Shown here piece by piece: positions 37,137-40,487 of a DNA stretch of 40,487 nt. The notes under the pieces were generated by a model that did no database searches, was not told the origin of the DNA, and worked only from the letters and a program-made list of their open reading frames with translations. The stretch is from contig JBDRWI010000013.1 of the NCBI GenBank assembly GCA_039802265.1, forward strand, positions 1 through 40,487, read 5' to 3'. Source of the DNA: a candidate division WOR-3 bacterium (lineage in GTDB: Bacteria > Hydrothermota > Tepidihabitantia > SM23-42 > JAOAFX01). The position numbers and the translations under genes are program-made. The stretch's first letter is position 1, and the number at the start of each line of letters is the position of its first letter.

Positions 37137-37832
37137 ATGGAAAAGAACTTAAAAGTTTTGGGAATTTTAGTTATTCTGTATTATAGTTCCTGTGTTTATT
37201 CAATACAAATACCTCGTCAATACGAGAGATTAGATCTTGTTATTGTTAGTGATTATATCGGTGAGTCCTTTGATTTTACAGAAGCAAAGAAATATAATTT
37301 ATTTCCCAAAGTAAAGGATTTTGTAGAAGCTCGCCTGTATAAAATAGAGCCCGGATGTTTTGAATTGGAAGTAATTACCAAATCGGCAAAGTATAAAGCA
37401 GTATATGGTGAAGAACAGTTGCCCGCAATCTTAAAGGATTACATTGAAAACTACGATGAAATCACTAAATCGGATAATAGTTATAAAAAGAAATGGAATA
37501 TTATGGCATTTGACGACCAAAAATTGCCAATAACTTATAATGAAGTTGAAAAAATCGCCAAAGACCATATATTTTACTCCAATCCCTGTCTTATGGGTAC
37601 AACCGGAGCTGCTTGCGGTGGTTTGATAGGTGGGTGCATTGCCGGCGCATATTCTATCTCTCCTCTTTATGGACCGTCGCGCGAATTCAATTATGACATT
37701 GTATTAATTGGTACCGCAATAGGTGGTTCTATTCAAGTTCTCCGGAGTTTGACAACTGGTAAAGAAGAAGACTTCAGGGAAGCAATTAAGGCAATAAATA
37801 ATTCTCGGAGATTGGAAAAAGTGAAGTCATGA
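37137..37832 (+). CDS. hypothetical lipoprotein with glycine-rich hydrophobic C-terminal segments
   Basis: ATG 37137 gives MEKNLKVLGILVILYYSS-C; GAACGGLIGGCIAGA glycine-zipper-like stretch. Confidence 0.7.
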   Translation: MEKNLKVLGILVILYYSSCVYSIQIPRQYERLDLVIVSDYIGESFDFTEAKKYNLFPKVKDFVEARLYKIEPGCFELEVITKSAKYKAVYGEEQLPAILKDYIENYDEITKSDNSYKKKWNIMAFDDQKLPITYNEVEKIAKDHIFYSNPCLMGTTGAACGGLIGGCIAGAYSISPLYGPSREFNYDIVLIGTAIGGSIQVLRSLTTGKEEDFREAIKAINNSRRLEKVKS

Positions 37833-37845
37833 AATAATGCGCGAA

Positions 37846-37920
37846 TGTCATTGGGTGCGTGATAATCTCGTTTTCCACAAACAAATGAGATTGTTTCATA
37901 GTTTTACATCTCGCAATGAG
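37846..37920. repeat. degenerate REP-like palindromic element
   Basis: tgtcattg...aatctc ... gagatt...ctcgcaatga nested inverted repeats between convergent genes. Confidence 0.5.
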
Positions 37921-37964
37921 AAAAAAAGGCATAGAAAATTAGAAATAATATTTACCCTGTAGCA

Positions 37965-38031
37965 TGTAGTAAAAAGTTCACGCCTGTTCCCTGGATACTT
38001 ATTTTATGCAAGGCTAAAACCTTGCCCTACA
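37965..38031. repeat. GTAG-type REP-like element
   Basis: tgtag ... gcaaggctaaaaccttgccctaca, homologous to 26527-26585. Confidence 0.6.
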
Positions 38032-38034
38032 TTA

Positions 38035-38427
38035 TTACTTTGCTTCGGTCTTTGCCTTGGGGCTTGCCTTTGTGTAGATATATTCTGCCTTTAAGTCCCA
38101 ACGGCTTAAGGCTGCGAGTTCAAACTCGGTATTTAATTTTATGGCATCCACCGGACAACTCTCTGCACACTGCTCACAATGGACACAACGGTCATTATGA
38201 ATCACCATTTTATATTTTTTCTCCGCCTCGTTTACAGTTGTTATTTCAATCGCCTCAGCCGGACAATCACGCTGGCAGGCATAGCAGACAATGCATTTTT
38301 CTGGTGTTAAAATCGGCGTCCCCCTGAATCCCTTAGGCACCTCAAGTTTTTCAAAGGGATATTTTACAGTGGCAGGTTTTTTGAAAATATGGCGAACTAA
38401 CTCAGGTAAGAATGCTGCAATTTTCAT
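38035..38427 (-). CDS. 2x[4Fe-4S] subunit of membrane-bound hydrogenase (MbhN/EchF/NuoI-like)
   Basis: KPATVKYP..FRG, CIVCYACQRDCP, CVHCEQCAESCP; GGAGG SD before ATG 38427. Confidence 0.9.
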   Translation of the reverse strand: MKIAAFLPELVRHIFKKPATVKYPFEKLEVPKGFRGTPILTPEKCIVCYACQRDCPAEAIEITTVNEAEKKYKMVIHNDRCVHCEQCAESCPVDAIKLNTEFELAALSRWDLKAEYIYTKASPKAKTEAK

Positions 38428-38441
38428 AATACCACTCCTCC

Positions 38442-38478
38442 AAATCCGAAATTCGAAGCACGAAATCCGAAACAAATC
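38442..38478. repeat. 37-bp heptamer-periodic direct repeat, copy 1
   Basis: aaatccg aaattcg aagcacg aaatccg aaacaaa tc; identical to 39664-39700. Confidence 0.9.
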
Positions 38479-38674
38479 CCAAATTTCAATAATTCAACCG
38501 ACACTCTATCGTTAGTCGGTTGCGAAAAGCGTATCGTTTGTCGCTGTTCGCTAAACGAAGCCGTTTTTTGAAACCGAATCGCATTTCGCAACCGCAAAAC
38601 GTTTAACCATTTTTCTAAATTCCGCATTTCAGATTTTGACTTTCTAATAAATACGGACATTCTCATTTCTCCAT

Positions 38675-39643
38675 TTATAAAACAAGGTATTTAACGATTA
38701 TCACAATCAATAACTGCAGAACCGCAAGCGGAGCAAGATAACGCCAGGAGAATGATACGACCTGGTCAATACGAATTCTTGCACAAACCGCACGTATCGC
38801 AGAAAGTAGTAAAATCACAATCAAGGTCTTAATAATAAAGAGTATAAATCCAGGAATCAAACCACCCGGAAATCCACCAAGGAATACCGCAGCAATCAAA
38901 CCTGCACCAACAACCATTTCAATATCTGAAAGCAATCTGAAAAATGCGAGTTTTTTCCCTGAATATTCGGTGAATGTACCACCAACGATCTCGGTCTCAG
39001 CATGAGGAACATCAAATGGAACGCGCTCAAGTTTTGCCTGTAAGGCGATTAACGCCACAAAGAAACCGATTATATTGACCAAAAGAAGCAGTGGATTTTC
39101 CTGATAAAACCAGGTTATCTCCAAAATGCGCCAGGAACCAGCAAGTATCGCAGGACTCAATACTGCCAGGAATAGAGGCACTTCATAACCAAACAACATC
39201 GTCAGAACACGGACACCACCAACAATAGAAAATAGATTTGTTGAATGCCAGCCTGCAAGGAAAAAGGCAAGGGTCGGCAGACTCAATAAAAATAATACCA
39301 CAATCAAATCACCATCAAAAGAATTGAAGGTTGACCATTTTTCATAATGCCAGACTGGAAGATACATTGCTGCTGTGGCAACAACTGCCAGGGAAAACAC
39401 CGGTAGAGCTGAAAACATCCCCTTATCCGCCTTTTCAGGAATAATATCTTCCTTTGCCATAAGTTTTATAAAATCTGCAATTGGCTGTAATATACCACGA
39501 TGTCCGGTATATAATGGACCAATTCTATTCTGCAAACGTGCATAGAATTTTCTATCCACCCATTCAGCAAAGGTGGAATAAAGGAATAGGAAGAGAAAAC
39601 CAGGATAAATGAGAAGATATAGTATTGTTTTTAAAACTGCCAT
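38675..39643 (-). CDS. membrane subunit of complex I-like hydrogenase (MbhM/EchB/NuoH-like)
   Basis: RKFYARLQNRIGP, QPIADFIKLMAKE, RVPFDVPHAETEIVGG..TEYSG, RIRIDQ. Confidence 0.92.
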   Translation of the reverse strand: MAVLKTILYLLIYPGFLFLFLYSTFAEWVDRKFYARLQNRIGPLYTGHRGILQPIADFIKLMAKEDIIPEKADKGMFSALPVFSLAVVATAAMYLPVWHYEKWSTFNSFDGDLIVVLFLLSLPTLAFFLAGWHSTNLFSIVGGVRVLTMLFGYEVPLFLAVLSPAILAGSWRILEITWFYQENPLLLLVNIIGFFVALIALQAKLERVPFDVPHAETEIVGGTFTEYSGKKLAFFRLLSDIEMVVGAGLIAAVFLGGFPGGLIPGFILFIIKTLIVILLLSAIRAVCARIRIDQVVSFSWRYLAPLAVLQLLIVIIVKYLVL

Positions 39644-39663
39644 ATGCCCTGCCTTGCTCGATT

Positions 39664-39700
39664 AAATCCGAAATTCGAAGCACGAAATCCGAAACAAATC
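39664..39700. repeat. 37-bp heptamer-periodic direct repeat, copy 2
   Basis: identical to 38442-38478. Confidence 0.9.
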
Positions 39701-39857
39701 TTTAAAAATTGTTTAAAGGTTTGGGTTTAGAAACAGGATAGGGTTTTGTTTACAGGTTTAGGGAATTGTCTGGTCAACAAAACCCACAAACCAAGCCCTA
39801 TCACATTTCTAAACCTAAACCAAAAACCTTTGGTACGATATTGTTTAGAACTTGCAA

Positions 39858-40487
39858 TCACAATGGCCATATTACTTCCTTCTTCGGTGGATTCTTTTTA
39901 TAAAAATCAATTGACCATTTGCGCAATTCCGCCATCGTCATAATCTTTGTCTTTTTTGTCTTTATGTCATCAATCTGAATCACCCGCTCGGCACAGCAGA
40001 TGCACGGGTCTATCGCTGCAAAAATCAATGGTATATCTGCAATAAATCCATTCTTTAACATATATATCGTTGCTGGATAGTTCGCAAGGGTTGGTGCACG
40101 AACCTTTAATCTTTCGGGTTTATCTGTGCCATTTGATTTGATATAATGAATATTCTCACCGCGCGGTGCCTCATATTTACTCACCACCTCTCCTGGCTTG
40201 ACCTTACGTGGTGCCTTTACTTTAACATCACCTGGCGGTAAATTCTTAAGAATATATTCACACATTTTGTAAGATTCAAATAACTCTTTAACGCGCACAA
40301 TTACCCTGCCGAGCACATCACAGGTATCCGCAGTGCAGACCTCAAATGGGATCTCACCATAAGCCGCATGAGGGTCATCTTTGCGCACATCCCTTGGAAT
40401 ACCTGATGCCCTAAGCGTCGGTCCCACAGCACAGAGTTCCATTGCCTTTTCCTTAGGCAGTTTACCAACACCCACAAGCCTTGCGAC
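39858..40487 (-). CDS. group 4 [NiFe]-hydrogenase large subunit (MbhL/EchE-like), partial (5' end outside window)
   Basis: GPTLRASG..DVR, EAPRGE..HY, RLKVRAPT, IDPCICCAER (C-terminal Ni-binding CxxC) plus C-terminal extension; frame open to the window edge; L-M-N gene order as in mbh operons. Confidence 0.9.
   Translation of the reverse strand, partial: VARLVGVGKLPKEKAMELCAVGPTLRASGIPRDVRKDDPHAAYGEIPFEVCTADTCDVLGRVIVRVKELFESYKMCEYILKNLPPGDVKVKAPRKVKPGEVVSKYEAPRGENIHYIKSNGTDKPERLKVRAPTLANYPATIYMLKNGFIADIPLIFAAIDPCICCAERVIQIDDIKTKKTKIMTMAELRKWSIDFYKKNPPKKEVIWPL

Noticed and set aside
38442..39700. CRISPR array from the two identical 37-bp repeats
   Set aside because: Only two copies, about 1.2 kb apart with a gene between them; internally heptameric; no cas genes.
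1249..39943. Many 60-190 aa ORFs overlapping the long genes
   Set aside because: Antisense or out-of-frame shadows of well-supported genes, with no motifs or initiation signals.
39858..40487. [NiFeSe] hydrogenase
   Set aside because: The C-terminal motif is DPCICC with Cys codons; there is no UGA in the visible part.

Overview
Chromosomal window from an AT-rich, probably anaerobic diderm bacterium. The gene content resembles FCB-affiliated candidate phyla such as WOR-3; this is inference. UGA is a normal stop codon here. Left part (- strand): recA-recX-alaS, an NHL/FlgD protein, a PorV-like barrel, era, and the selenocysteine genes selA-selB, which converge on and overlap a tRNA-Sec(UCA) gene. 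Middle: a single-chain restriction-modification gene, then a cluster of secreted/surface proteins around tRNA-Leu(GAG) and tRNA-Arg(CCG); three end in T9SS-type/FlgD-like sorting domains. Right part: nitroreductase, TPR protein, nrdR-nrdD and the 3' end of a group 4 (Mbh-like) [NiFe]-hydrogenase operon. Main finding: ORFs 29236-30465 and 30514-31488 are in the same frame, separated only by one TGA. A BNR repeat follows the TGA directly and encodes a SECIS-like hairpin. Together they give a candidate 750-aa secreted beta-propeller selenoprotein (..EGMG-U-GTAQ..) unlike the usual redox selenoproteins. Also notable: 15 near-consensus sigma70 promoters all with a 16-bp spacer, several apparently leaderless genes, and repeat-built structured inserts between the hydrogenase genes.
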